Source of the DNA: Eledone cirrhosa
Lineage: Eukaryota
DNA length: 64,000 nt
Assembly: GCA_964016885.1 (NCBI GenBank)
Contig: OZ024745.1
Span: 6,572,001-6,636,000, forward strand
Reading direction: 5' to 3'
Shown: in pieces, positions 25,401 to 37,870 of the stretch
Position numbering within the stretch: the first letter of the stretch is position 1
Layout of the letters: each line of letters starts with the position of its first letter
The notes under the pieces: model-generated
Told to the model about the DNA's origin: nothing
Seen by the model: the letters and a program-made list of their open reading frames with translations, nothing else
Databases searched by the model: none
Translations under genes and position numbers: made by a program

Positions 25401-28400
25401 AGCGTGTCTGGAGAGTGAGACATAGTAGGGTGTCTCGAGGGTGAGACATAGTAGGGTGCTAGAGAGTGAGACATAGTAGGGTGTCTGGAGAGTGAGACAG
25501 AGTAGCGTGTCTGGAGAGTGAGACATAGTAGGGTGTCTGTTGGGTGAGACACAGGGTGTCTGGAGGGTGAGACAGAGTAGGGTGTCTGGAGAGTGAGATA
25601 TAGTAGGGTGTCTGGGGGGTGAGACGTAGTAGGGTGTCTGGAGGGTGAGACATAGTAGGGTGTCTGTAGGGTGAGACACAGGGTGTCTGGACGGTGAGAC
25701 AGAGTAGGGTGTCTGCAGAGTGAGACATAGTAGGGTGTCTGGAGAGTGAGACATAGTAGGGTGTCTGGAGGGTGAGACATAGTAGGGTGTCTGGAGGTTG
25801 AGTTATAGTAGGGTGTCGGGAGGGTGAGACATAGTAGGGTGTCTGGAGGGTGAGACATAGTAGGGTGTCTGGAGGGTGAGACATAGTAGGGTGTCTGGAG
25901 GCTGAGTTATAGTAGGGTGTCTGGAGGGTGAGACATAGTAGGGTGTCTGGAGAGTGAGACATAGTAGCGTGTCTGGAGAGTGAGACATAGTAGGGTGTCT
26001 CGAGGGTGAGACATAGTAGGGTGCTGGAGAGTGAGACATAGTAGGGTGTCTGGAGAGTGAGACAGAGTAGCGTGTCTGGAGAGTGAGACATAGTAGGGTG
26101 TCTGTTGGGTGAGACACAGGGTGTCTGGAGGGTGAGACAGAGTAGGGTGTCTGGAGAGTGAGATATAGTAGGGTGTCTGGGGGGTGAGACGTAGTAGGGT
26201 GTCTGGAGGGTGAGACATAGTAGGGTGTCTGGAGGTTGAGTTATAGTAGGGTGTCTGGAGGGTGAGACATAATAGGGTGTCTGGAGGGTGAGACAGAGTA
26301 GGGTGTCTGGAGGTTGAGTTATAGTAGGGTGTCTGGAGGGTGAGACAGAGTAGTGTGTCTGTAGGATGAGACAGAGTAGGGTGTCTGGAGAGTGAGACAT
26401 AGTAGGGTGTCTGGGGGGTGAGACGTAGTAGGGTGTCTGGAGGGTGAGACATAGTAGGGTGTCTGGAGTGTGAGACACAGGGTGTCTGGACGGTGAGACA
26501 GAGTAGGATGTCTGGAGGGTGAGACAGAGTAGGGTGATTGGAGGGTGAGACAGAGTAGGGTGTCTGGAGGGTGAGACATAGTAGGGTGTCTGGAGGGTGA
26601 GACGTAGTAGGGTGTCTGGAGGGTGAGACGTAGTAGGGTGTCTGGAGGGTGAGACGTAGTAGGGTGTCTGGAGAGTGAGACATAGTAGGGTGTCTAGAGG
26701 GTGAGACATAGTAGGGTGTCTCGAGAGTGAGACATAGTAGGGTGTCTGGAGTGTGAGACGTAGTAGGGTGTTTGGAGGGTGATACGTAGTAGGGTGTCTG
26801 GAGGGTGAGACGTAGTAGGGTGTCTGGAGGGTGAGACAGAGTAGGGTGTCTGGAAGTTGAGTTATAGTAGGAAGTCTGGAGGGTGAGACACAGGGTGTTT
26901 GGAGGGGGAGACAGAGTAGGGTGTCTGGAGGGTGAGACATATTAGGGTGTCTGGAGGGTGAGACATAGTAGGGTGTCTAGAGGGTGAGACATAGTAGGGT
27001 GTCTGGAGGGTGAGACGTAGTAGGGTGTCTGGAGGGTGAGACGTAGTAGGGTGTCTGGAGGGTGAGACAGAGTAGGGTGTCTGGAGGGTGAGACATAGTA
27101 GGGTTTCTGGAGGGTGAGACATAGTATGGTGTCTGGAGGGTGAGACACAGGATGTCTGGGGGGTGAGACATAGTAGCGTGTCTGGAGAGTGAGACATAGT
27201 AGGGTGTCTGGAGGGTGAGACAGAGTAGCGTGTCTGGAGAGTGAGACATAGTAGGGTGTCTGGAGAGTGAGACATAGTAGGGTGTCTGGAGAGTGAGACA
27301 TAGTAGGGTGTCTGGAGAGTGAGACATAGTAGGGTGTCTGGAGAGTGAGACATAGTAGCGTGTCTGGAGAGTGAGACATAGTAGGGTGTCTCGAGGGTGA
27401 GACATAGTAGAGTGCTGGAGAGTGAGACATAGTAGGGTGTCTGGAGAGTGAGACAGAGTAGCGTGTCTGGAGAGTGAGACATAGTTGGGTGTCTGTTGGG
27501 TGAGACACAGGGTGTCTGGAGGGTGAGACAGAGTAGGGTGTCTGGAGAGTGAGATATAGTAGGGTGTCTGGGGGGTGAGACGTAGTAGGGTGTCTGGAGA
27601 GTGAGACATAGTAGGGTGTCTGGAGGGTGAGACACAGGGTGTCTGGACGGTGAGACAGAGTAGGGTGTCTGCAGAGTGAGACATAGTAGGGTGTCTGGAG
27701 AGTGAGTCATAGTAGGGTGTCTGGAGGGTGAGACATAGTAGGGTGTCTGGAGGTTGAGTTATAGTAGGGTGTCTGGAGGGTGAGACATAGTAGGGTGTCT
27801 GGAGGGTGAGACACAGGGTGTCTGGACGGTGAGACAGAGTAGGGTGTCTGCAGAGTGAGACAAATAGGGTGTCTGGAGAGTGAGACATAGTAGGGTGTCT
27901 GGAGGTTGAGTTATAGTAGGGTGTCTGGAGAGTGAGACATAGTGGGGTGTCTGGAGAGTGAGACATAGTAGGGTGTCTGGAGAGTAAGACATTGTAGGGT
28001 GTCTGGGGGGGTGAAACGTATTAGGCTTTCTGTAGGGTGAGACATAGTAGGGTATCTGGAGGGTGAGACACAGGGTGTCTGGACGGTGAGACAGAGTAGG
28101 GTGTATGGAGGGTGAGACATAGTAGGGTGTCTGGAGGGTGAGACATAGTAGGGTGTCTGGAGGGTGAGACAGAGTAGGGTGTCTGGAAGGTGGGACAGAG
28201 TAGGGTGTCTGGAGGTTGAGTTATAGTAGGGTGTCTGGAGGGAGACATAGTAGGGTGTCTGGAGAGTGAGACATAGTAGGGTGTCTGGAGAGTGAGACAT
28301 AGTAGGGTGTCTGGAGGTTGAGTTATAGTAGGGTGTCTGGAGGGTGAGACATAGTAGGGTGTCATAAGGGTGAGACATAGTAGGGTGTCTGGAGGGTGAG

Positions 28401-31400
28401 TCTGAGTAGGGTGTATGGAGGGTGAGACAGAGTAACGTGTCTGGAGGGTGAGACATAGTAGGGTGTCTGGAGGGTGAGACATAGTAGGGTGTCTGGAGGG
28501 TGAGACATAGTAGGTTATCTGGAGGTTGAGTTATAGTAGGGTGTCTGGAGGGTGAGACATAGTAGGGTGTCTGGATGGTGAGACAGAGTAGGGTGTCTGG
28601 AGGGTGGGACAGAATAGGGTGTCTGGAGGTTGAGTTATAGTAGGGTGTCTGGAGGGTGAGACATAGTAGGGTGTCTGGAGGGTGAGACATAGTAGGGTGT
28701 CTGGAGGTTGAGTTATAGTAGGGTGTCTGGAGGGTGAGACATAGTAGGGTGTCTGGAGGTTGAGTTATAGTAGGGTGTCTGGAGGGTGAGACATAATAGA
28801 GTGTCTGGAGGGTGAGACAGAGTAGGGTGTCTGGAGGGTGAGACATAGTAGGGTGTCTGGAGGTTGAGTTATAGTTGGGTGTCTGGAGGGTGAGTCATAA
28901 TAGAGTGTCTGGAGGGTGAGACAGAGTAGGGTGTCTGGAGGTTGAGTTATAGTAGGGTGTCTGGAGGGTGAGACCGAGTAGGGTGTCTGGAGGATGAGAC
29001 AGAGTAGGGTGTCTGGAGAGTGAGACATAGTAGGGTGTCTGGAGGGTGAGACGTAGTAGGGTGTCTGGAGGGTGAGACATAGTAGGGTGTCTGGAGGGTG
29101 AGACACAGGGTGTCTGGACGGTGAGACAGAGTAGGATGTCTGGAGGGTGAGACAGAGTAGGGTGTCTGGAGGGTGAGACAGAGTAGGGTGTCTGGAGGGT
29201 GGGACAAATTAGGGTGTCTGGAGGGTGAGACAGGGTAGCGTGTCTGGAGAGTGAGACATAGTAGGGTGTCTGTTGGGTGAGACACAGGGTGTCTTGAGGG
29301 TGAGACAGAGTAGGGTGAATGGAGAGTGAGATATAGTAGGGTGTCTGCGGGGTGAGACGTAGTAGGGTGTCTGGAGGGTGAGACATAGTAGGGTGTCTGG
29401 AGGGTGAGACACAGGGTGTCTGGACGGTGAGACAGAGTAGGGTGTCTGGAGAGTGAGACATAGTAGGGTGTCTGGAGAGTGAGACATAGTAGGGTGTCTG
29501 GAGGGTGAGACATAGTAGGGTGTCTGGAGGTTGAGTTATAGTAGGGTGTCTGGAGGGTGAGACAGAGTAGGGTGTCTGGAGGATGAGACAGAGTAGGGTG
29601 TCTGGAGAGTGAGACATAGTAGGGTGTCTGGGGGGTGAGACGTAGTAGGGTGTCTGGAGGGTGAGACATAGTAGGGTGTCTGGAGTGTGAGACACAGGGT
29701 GTCTGGACGGTGAGACAGAGTAGGATGTCTGGAGGGTGAGACAGAGTAGGGTATCTGGAGTGTGAGACAGAGTAGGGTGTCTGGAGAGTGAGACATATTA
29801 GTGTGTCTGGAGAGTGAGACATAGTAGAGTGTCTGGAGAGTGAGATATAGTAGAGTGTCTGGAGTGTGAGACATAGTAGGGTGTCTGGGGGTGAGACGTA
29901 GTAGGGTATCTGGAGAGTGAAACATAGTAGGGTGTCTGGAGAGTGAGACATAGTAGGGTGTCTAGAGGGTGAGACATAGTAGGGTGTCTCGAGAGTGAGA
30001 CATAGTAGGGTGTCTGGAGGGTGAGACGTAGTAGGGTGTCTGGAGGGTGAGACGTAGTAGGGTGTCTGGAGGGTGAGACGTAGTAGGGTGTCTGGAGGGT
30101 GAGACGTAGTAGGGTGTCTGGAGAGTGAGACATAGTAGGGTGTCTAGAGGGTGAGACATAGTAGGGTGTCTCGAGAGTGAGACATAGTAGGGTGTCTGGA
30201 GGGTGAGACGTAGTAGGGTGTCTGGAGGGTGAGACAGAGTAGGGTGTCTGGCAGTTGAGTTATAGTAGGATGTCTGGAGGGTGAGACACAGGGTGTCTGG
30301 AGGGTGAGACAGAGTAGGGTGTCTGGAGGGTGAGACATAGTAGGGTGTCTGGAGGGTGAGACATAGTAGGGTGTCTAGAGGGTGAGACATAGTAGGGTGT
30401 CTGGAGGGTGAGACGTAGTAGGGTGTCTGGAGGGTGAGACGTAGTAGGGTGTCTGGAGGGTGAGACGTAGTAGGGTGTCTGGAGGGTGAGACATAGTAGG
30501 GTTTCTGGAGGGTGAGACATAGTATGGTGTCTGGAGGGTGAGACACAGGATGTCTGGGGGGTGAGACATAGTAGCGTGTCTGGAGAGTGAGACATAGTAG
30601 GGTGTCTGGAGGGTGAGACAGAGTAGCGTGTCTGGAGAGTGAGACATAGTAGGGTGTCTGGAGAGTGAGACATAGTAGGGTGTCTGGAGAGTGAGACATA
30701 GTAGGGTGTCTGGAGAGTGAGACATAGTAGGGTGTCTGGAGAGTTAGACATAGTAGCGTGTCTGGAGAGTGAGACATAGTAGGGTGTCTCGAGGGTGAGA
30801 CATAGTAGGGTGCTAGAGAGTGAGACATAGTAGGGTGTCTGGAGAGTGAGACAGAGTAGCGTGTCTGGAGAGTGAGACATAGTAGGGTGTCTGTTGGGTG
30901 AGACACAGGGTGTCTGGAGGGTGAGACAGAGTAGGGTGTCTGGAGAGTGAGATATAGTAGGGTGTCTGGGGGGTGAGACGTAGTAGGGTGTCTGGAGGGT
31001 GAGACATAGTAGGGTGTCTGTAGGGTGAGACACAGGGTGTCTGGACGGTGAGACAGAGTAGGGTGTCTGCAGAGTGAGACATAGTAGGGTGTCTGGAGAG
31101 TGAGACATAGTAGGGTGTCTGGAGGGTGAGACATAGTAGGGTGTCTGGAGGTTGAGTTATAGTAGGGTGTCGGGAGGGTGAGACATAGTAGGGTGTCTGG
31201 AGGGTGAGACATAGTAGGGTGTCTGGAGGGTGAGACATAGTAGGGTGTCTGGAGGCTGAGTTATAGTAGGGTGTCTGGAGGGTGAGACATAGTAGGGTGT
31301 CTGGAGAGTGAGACATAGTAGCGTGTCTGGAGAGTGAGACATAGTAGGGTGTCTCGAGGGTGAGACATAGTAGGGTGCTGGAGAGTGAGACATAGTAGGG

Positions 31401-32290
31401 TGTCTGGAGAGTGAGACAGAGTAGCGTGTCTGGAGAGTGAGACATAGTAGGGTGTCTGTTGGGTGAGACACAGGGTGTCTGGAGGGTGAGACAGAGTAGG
31501 GTGTCTGGAGAGTGAGATATAGTAGGGTGTCTGGGGGGTGAGACGTAGTAGGGTGTCTGGAGGGTGAGACATAGTAGGGTGTCTGGAGGTTGAGTTATAG
31601 TAGGGTGTCTGGAGGGTGAGACATAATAGGGTGTCTGGAGGGTGAGACAGAGTAGGGTGTCTGGAGGTTGAGTTATAGTAGGGTGTCTGGAGGGTGAGAC
31701 AGAGTAGTGTGTCTGTAGGATGAGACAGAGTAGGGTGTCTGGAGAGTGAGACATAGTAGGGTGTCTGGGGGGTGAGACGTAGTAGGGTGTCTGGAGGGTG
31801 AGACATAGTAGGGTGTCTGGAGTGTGAGACACAGGGTGTCTGGACGGTGAGACAGAGTAGGATGTCTGGAGGGTGAGACAGAGTAGGGTGATTGGAGGGT
31901 GAGACAGAGTAGGGTGTCTGGAGGGTGAGACATAGTAGGGTGTCTGGAGGGTGAGACGTAGTAGGGTGTCTGGAGGGTGAGACGTAGTAGGGTGTCTGGA
32001 GGGTGAGACGTAGTAGGGTGTCTGGAGAGTGAGACATAGTAGGGTGTCTAGAGGGTGAGACATAGTAGGGTGTCTCGAGAGTGAGACATAGTAGGGTGTC
32101 TGGAGTGTGAGACGTAGTAGGGTGTTTGGAGGGTGATACGTAGTAGGGTGTCTGGAGGGTGAGACGTAGTAGGGTGTCTGGAGGGTGAGACAGAGTAGGG
32201 TGTCTGGAAGTTGAGTTATAGTAGGGTGTCTGGAGGGTGAGACACAGGGTGTTTGGAGGGGGAGACAGAGTAGGGTGTCTGGAGGGTGAG
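21400..32290 (+). repeat. ~5.35-5.5 kb tandem duplication (HOR)
   Basis: Offsets of 5,535 (21442/26977, 21327/26862) and 5,354 (24608/29962, 25459/30813). Markers GTCGGGAGGG (~25815, ~31169) and GTGATTGGAG (~26534, ~31888). Confidence 0.88.
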
Positions 32291-35200
32291 ACATATTAGG
32301 GTGTCTGGAGGGTGAGACATAGTAGGGTGTCTAGAGGGTGAGACATAGTAGGGTGTCTGGAGGGTGAGACGTAGTAGGGTGTCTGGAGGGTGAGACGTAG
32401 TAGGGTGTCTGGAGGGTCAGACAGAGTAGGGTGTCTGGAGGGTGAGACATAGTAGGGTTTCTGGAGGGTGAGACATAGTATGGTGTCTGGAGGGTGAGAC
32501 ACAGGGTGTCTGGGGGGTGAGACATAGTAGCGTGTCTGGAGAGTGAGACATAGTAGGGTGTCTGGAGGGTGAGACAGAGTAGCGTGTATGGAGAGTGAGA
32601 CATAGTAGGGTGTCTGGAGAGTGAGACATAGTAGGGTGTCTGGAGAGTGAGACATAGTAGGGTGTCTGGAGAGTGAGACATAGTAGGGTGTCTGTTGGGT
32701 GAGACACAGGGTGTCTTGAGGGTGAGACAGAGTAGGGTGTCTGGAGGGTGAGACACAGGGTGTCTGGACGGTGAGACAGAGTAGGGTGTCTGGAGAGTGA
32801 GACATAGTAGGGTGTCTGGAGAGTGAGACATAGTAGGGTGTCTGGAGGGTGAGACATAGTAGGGTGTCTGGAGGTTGAGTTATAGTAGGGTGTCTGGAGG
32901 GTGAGACAGAGTAGGGTGTCTGGAGGATGAGACAGAGTAGGGTGTCTGGAGAGTGAGACATAGTAGGGTGTCTGGGGGGTGAGACGTAGTAGGGTGTCTG
33001 GAGGGTGAGACACAGGGTGTCTGGACGGTGAGACAGAGTAGGATGTCTGGAGGGTGAGACAGAGTAGGGTATCTGGAGTGTGAGACAGAGTAGGGTGTCT
33101 GGAGAGTGAGACATATTAGGGTGTATGGAGAGTGAGACATAGTAGAGTGTCTGGAGAGTGAGATATAGTAGAGTGTCTGGAGTGTGAGACATAGTAGGGT
33201 GTCTGGGGGGTGAGACGTAGTAGGGTATCTGGAGAGTGAAACATAGTAGGGTGTCTGGAGAGTGAGACATAGTAGGGTGTCTGGAGGGTGAGACGTAGTA
33301 GGGTGTATGGAGGGTGAGACGTAGTAGGGTGTCTGGAGGGTGAGACGTAGTAGGGTGTCTGGAGGGTGAGACGTAGTAGGGTGTCTGGAGAGTGAGACAT
33401 AGTAGGGTGTCTAGAGGGTGAGACATAGTAGGGTGTCTCGAGAGTGAGACATAGTAGGGTGTCTGGAGGGTGAGACGTAGTAGGGTGTCTGGAGGGTGAG
33501 ACAGAGTAGGGTGTCTGGCAGTTGAGTTATAGTAGGATGTCTGGAGGGTGAGACACAGGGTGTCTGGAGGGTGAGACAGAGTAGGGTGTCTGGAGGGTGA
33601 GACATAGTAGGGTGTCTGGAGGGTGAGACATAGTAGGGTGTCTAGAGGGTGAGACATAGTAGGGTGTCTGGAGGGTGAGACGTAGTAGGGTGTCTGGAGG
33701 GTGAGACGTAGTAGGGTGTCTGGAGGGTGAGACGTAGTAGGGTGTCTGGAGGGTGAGACATAGTAGGGTTTCTGGAGGGTGAGACATAGTATGGTGTCTG
33801 GAGGGTGAGACACAGGATGTCTGGGGGGTGAGACATAGTAGCGTGTCTGGAGAGTGAGACATAGTAGGGTGTCTGGAGGGTGAGACAGAGTAGCGTGTCT
33901 GGAGAGTGAGACATAGTAGGGGGTCTGGAGAGTGAGACATAGTAGGGTGTCTGGAGAGTGAGACATAGTAGGGTGTCTGGAGAGTGAGACATAGTAGGGT
34001 GTCTGGAGAGTTAGACATAGTAGCGTGTCTGGAGAGTGAGACATAGTAGGGTGTCTCGAGGGTGAGACATAGTAGGGTGCTAGAGAGTGAGACATAGTAG
34101 GGTGTCTGGAGAGTGAGACAGAGTAGCGTGTCTGGAGAGTGAGACATAGTAGGGTGTCTGTTGGGTGAGACACAGGGTGTCTGGAGGGTGAGACAGAGTA
34201 GGGTGTCTGGAGAGTGAGATATAGTAGGGTGTCTGGGGGGTGAGACGTAGTAGGGTGTCTAGAGGGTGAGACATAGTAGGGTGTCTGTAGGGTGAGACAC
34301 AGGGTGTCTGGACGGTGAGACAGAGTAGGGTGTCTGCAGAGTGAGACATAGTAGGGTGTCTGGAGAGTGAGACATAGTAGGGTGTCTGGAGGGTGAGACA
34401 TAGTAGGGTGTCTGGAGGTTGAGTTATAGTAGGGTGTCTGGAGGGTGAGACATAGTAGGGTGTCTGGAGGGTGAGACATAGTAGGGTGTCTGGAGGGTGA
34501 GACATAGTAAGGTGTCTGGAGGCTGAGTTATAGTAGGGTGTCTGGAGGGTGAGACATAGTAGGGTGTCTGGAGAGTGAGACATAGTAGCGTGTCTGGAGA
34601 GTGAGACATAGTAGGGTGTCTCGAGGGTGAGACATAGTAGGGTGCTGGAGAGTGAGACATAGTAGGGTGTCTGGAGAGTGAGACAGAGTAGCGTGTCTGG
34701 AGAGTGAGACATAGTAGGGTATCTGTTGGGTGAGACACAGGGTGTCTGGAGGGTGAGACAGAGTAGGGTGTCTGGAGAGTGAGATATAGTAGGGTGTCTG
34801 GTGGGTGAGACGTAGTAGGGTGTCTGGAGGGTGAGACATAGTAGGGTGTCTGGAGGTTGAGTTATAGTAGGGTGTCTGGAGGGTGAGACATAATAGGGTG
34901 TCTGGAGGGTGAGACAGAGTAGGGTGTCTGGAGGTTGAGTTATAGTAGGGTGTCTGGAGGGTGAGACAGAGTAGTGTGTCTGTAGGATGAGACAGAGTAG
35001 GGTGTCTGGAGAGTGAGACATAGTAGGGTGTCTGGGGGGTGAGACATAGTAGGGTGTCTGGAGGGTGAGACATAGTAGGGTGTCTGGAGTGTGAGACACA
35101 GGGTGTCTGGACGGTGAGACAGAGTAGGATGTCTGGAGGGTGAGACAGAGTAGGGTGTCTGGAGGGTGAGACAGAGTAGGGTGTCTGGAGGGTGAGACAT

Positions 35201-35830
35201 AGTAGGGTGTCTGGAGTGTGAGACGTAGTAGGGTGTCTGGAGGGTGAGACGTAGTAAGGTGTCTGGAGGGTGAGACGTAGTAGGGTGTCTGGAGAGTGAG
35301 ACATAGTAGGGTGTCTAGAGGGTGAGACATAGTAGGGTGTCTCGAGAGTGAGACATAGTAGGGTGTCTGGAGTGTGAGACGTAGTAGGGTGTTTGGAGGG
35401 TGATACGTAGTAGGGTGTCTGGAGGGTGAGACGTAGTAGGGTGTCTGGAGGGTGAGACAGAGTAGGGTGTCTGGAAGTTGAGTTATAGTAGGGTGTCTGG
35501 AGGGTGAGACACAGGGTGTTTGGAGGGGGAGACAGAGTAGGGTGTCTGGAGGGTGAGACATATTAGGGTGTCTGGAGGGTGAGACATAGTAGGGTGTCTA
35601 GAGGGTGAGACATAGTAGGGTGTCTGGAGGGTGAGACGTAGTAGGGTGTCTGGAGGGTGAGACGTAGTAGGGTGTCTGGAGGGTCAGACAGAGTAGGGTG
35701 TCTGGAGGGTGAGACATAGTAGGGTTTCTGGAGGGTGAGACATAGTATGGTGTCTGGAGGGTGAGACACAGGGTGTCTGGGGGGTGAGACATAGTAGCGT
35801 GTCTGGAGAGTGAGACATAATAGGGTGTCT
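29400..35830 (+). repeat. 3,267-bp tandem duplication (HOR) overlapping the 5.35-kb one
   Basis: ORF-track offset 3,267 for 30144/33411, 30813/34080, 31673/34940 and the 32296/35563 stops. Confidence 0.85.
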
Positions 35831-37365
35831 GGAGGGTGAGACAGAGTAGCGTGTATGGAGAGTGAGACATAGTAGGGTGTCTGGAGAGTGAGACATAGTA
35901 GGGTGTCTGGAGAGTGAGACATAGTAGGGTGTCTGGAGGGTGAGACATAGTAGGGTGTCTGGAGAGTGAGACATAGTAGGGTGTCTGGAGAGTGAGACAT
36001 AGTAGGGTGTCTGGAGGGTGAGACGTAGTAGGGTGTTTGGAGGGTGATACGTAGTAGGGTGTCTGGAGGGTGAGACATAGTAGGGTGTCTGGAGGGTGAG
36101 ACAGAGTAGGGTGTCTGGAAGTTGAGTTATAGTAGGGTGTCTGGAGGGTTAGACACAGGGTGTCTGGAGGGTGAGACAGAGTAGGGTGTCTGGAGGGTGA
36201 GACATAGTAGGGTGTTGGAGGGTGAGACATAGTAGGGTGTCTAGAGGGTGAGACATAGTAGGGTGTCTGGAGAGTGAGACATAGTAGGGTGTCTGGAGAG
36301 TGAGACATAGTAGGGTGTCTGGAGAGTGAGACATAGTAGGGTGTCTGGAGGGTGAGACATAGTAGGGTGTCTGGAGAGTGAGACATAGTAGGGTGTCTGG
36401 AGAGTGAGACAGAGTAGCGTGTCTGGAGAGTGATACATAGTAGGGTGTCTGGAGGGTGAGACATAGTAGGGTGTCTGGAGAGTGAGACATAGTAGGGTGT
36501 CTGGAGAGTGAGACATAGTAGGTTGTCTGGAGAGTGAGACATAGTAGCGTGTCTGGAGAGTGAGACGTAGTAGGGTGTCTCGAGGGTGAGACACAGGGCG
36601 TCTGGAGGGTGAGACATAGTAGGGTGCTGGAGAGTGAGACATAGTAGGGTGTCTGGAGAGTGAGACATAGTAGGGTGTCTGTTGGGTGAGACACAGGGTG
36701 TCTGGAGGGTGAGACAGAGTAGGGTGTCTGGAGGTTGAGACACAGGGTGTCTGGACGGTGAGACAGAGTAGGGTGTCTGGAGAGTGAGACATAGTAGGGT
36801 GTCTGGAGAGTGAGACATAGTAGGGTGTCTGCAGGGTGAGACATAGTAGGGTGTCTGGGGGGTGAGACGTAGTAGGGTGTCTGGAGGGTGAGACATAGTA
36901 GGGTGTCTGGAGGTTGAGACACAGGGTGTCTGGACGGTGAGACAGAGTAGGGTGTCTGGAGAGTGAGACATAGTAGGGTGTCTGGAGAGTGAGACATAGT
37001 AGGGTGTCTGGAGGGTGAGACATAGTAGGGTGTCTGGAGGTTGAGTTATAGTAGGGTGTCTGGAGGGTGAGACATAGTAGGAAGTCTGGAGGGTGAGACA
37101 TAGTAGAGTGTCTGGAGGGTGGGACAGAATAGGGTGTCTGGAGGTTGAGTTATAGTAGGGTGTCTGGAGGGTGAGACATAGTAGGGTGTCTGGAGAGTAA
37201 GACATAGTAGCGTGTCTGGAGGGTGAGACATAGTAGGGTGTCTGGAGGTTGAGTTATAGTAGGGTTTCTGGAGGGTGAGACATAGTAGGGTGTCTGGAGG
37301 TTGAGTTATAGTAGGGTGTCTGGAGGGTGAGACAGAGTAGGGTGTCTGGAGGGTGAGACGTAGTA

Positions 37366-37870
37366 GGGTGTCGGAGGGTGAGACAGAGTAGGGTGTCTGG
37401 CAGTTGAGTTATAGTAGAGTGTCTGGAGGGTGAGACACAGCGTGTCTGGAGGGTGAGACAGAGTATGGTGTCTGGAGGGTGAGACATAGTAGGGTGTCGG
37501 AGGGTGAGACAGAGTAGGGTGTCTGGCAGTTGAGTTATAGTAGAGTGTCTGGAGGGTGAGACACAGCGTGTCTGGAGGGTGAGACAGAGTATGGTGTCTG
37601 GAGGGTGAGACGTAGTAGGGTGTCGGAGGGTGAGACAGAGTAGGGTGTCTGGCAGTTGAGTTATAGTAGAGTGTCTGGAGGGTGAGACACAGCGTGTCTG
37701 GAGGGTGAGACAGAGTATGGTGTCTGGAGGGTGAGACGTAGTAGGGTGTCGGAGGGTGAGACAGAGTAGGGTGTCTGGCAGTTGAGTTATAGTAGAGTGT
37801 CTGGAGGGTGAGACACAGCGTGTCTGGAGGGTGAGACAGAGTAGGGTGTCTGGAGGGTGAGACATAGTAG
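37366..37870 (+). repeat. 126-bp five-unit HOR, four copies
   Basis: The 25-bp deletion unit GGGTGTCGGAGGG recurs with TCGG at 37371, 37497, 37623 and 37749. Unit lengths 25+26+23+26+26 = 126. Confidence 0.95.
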
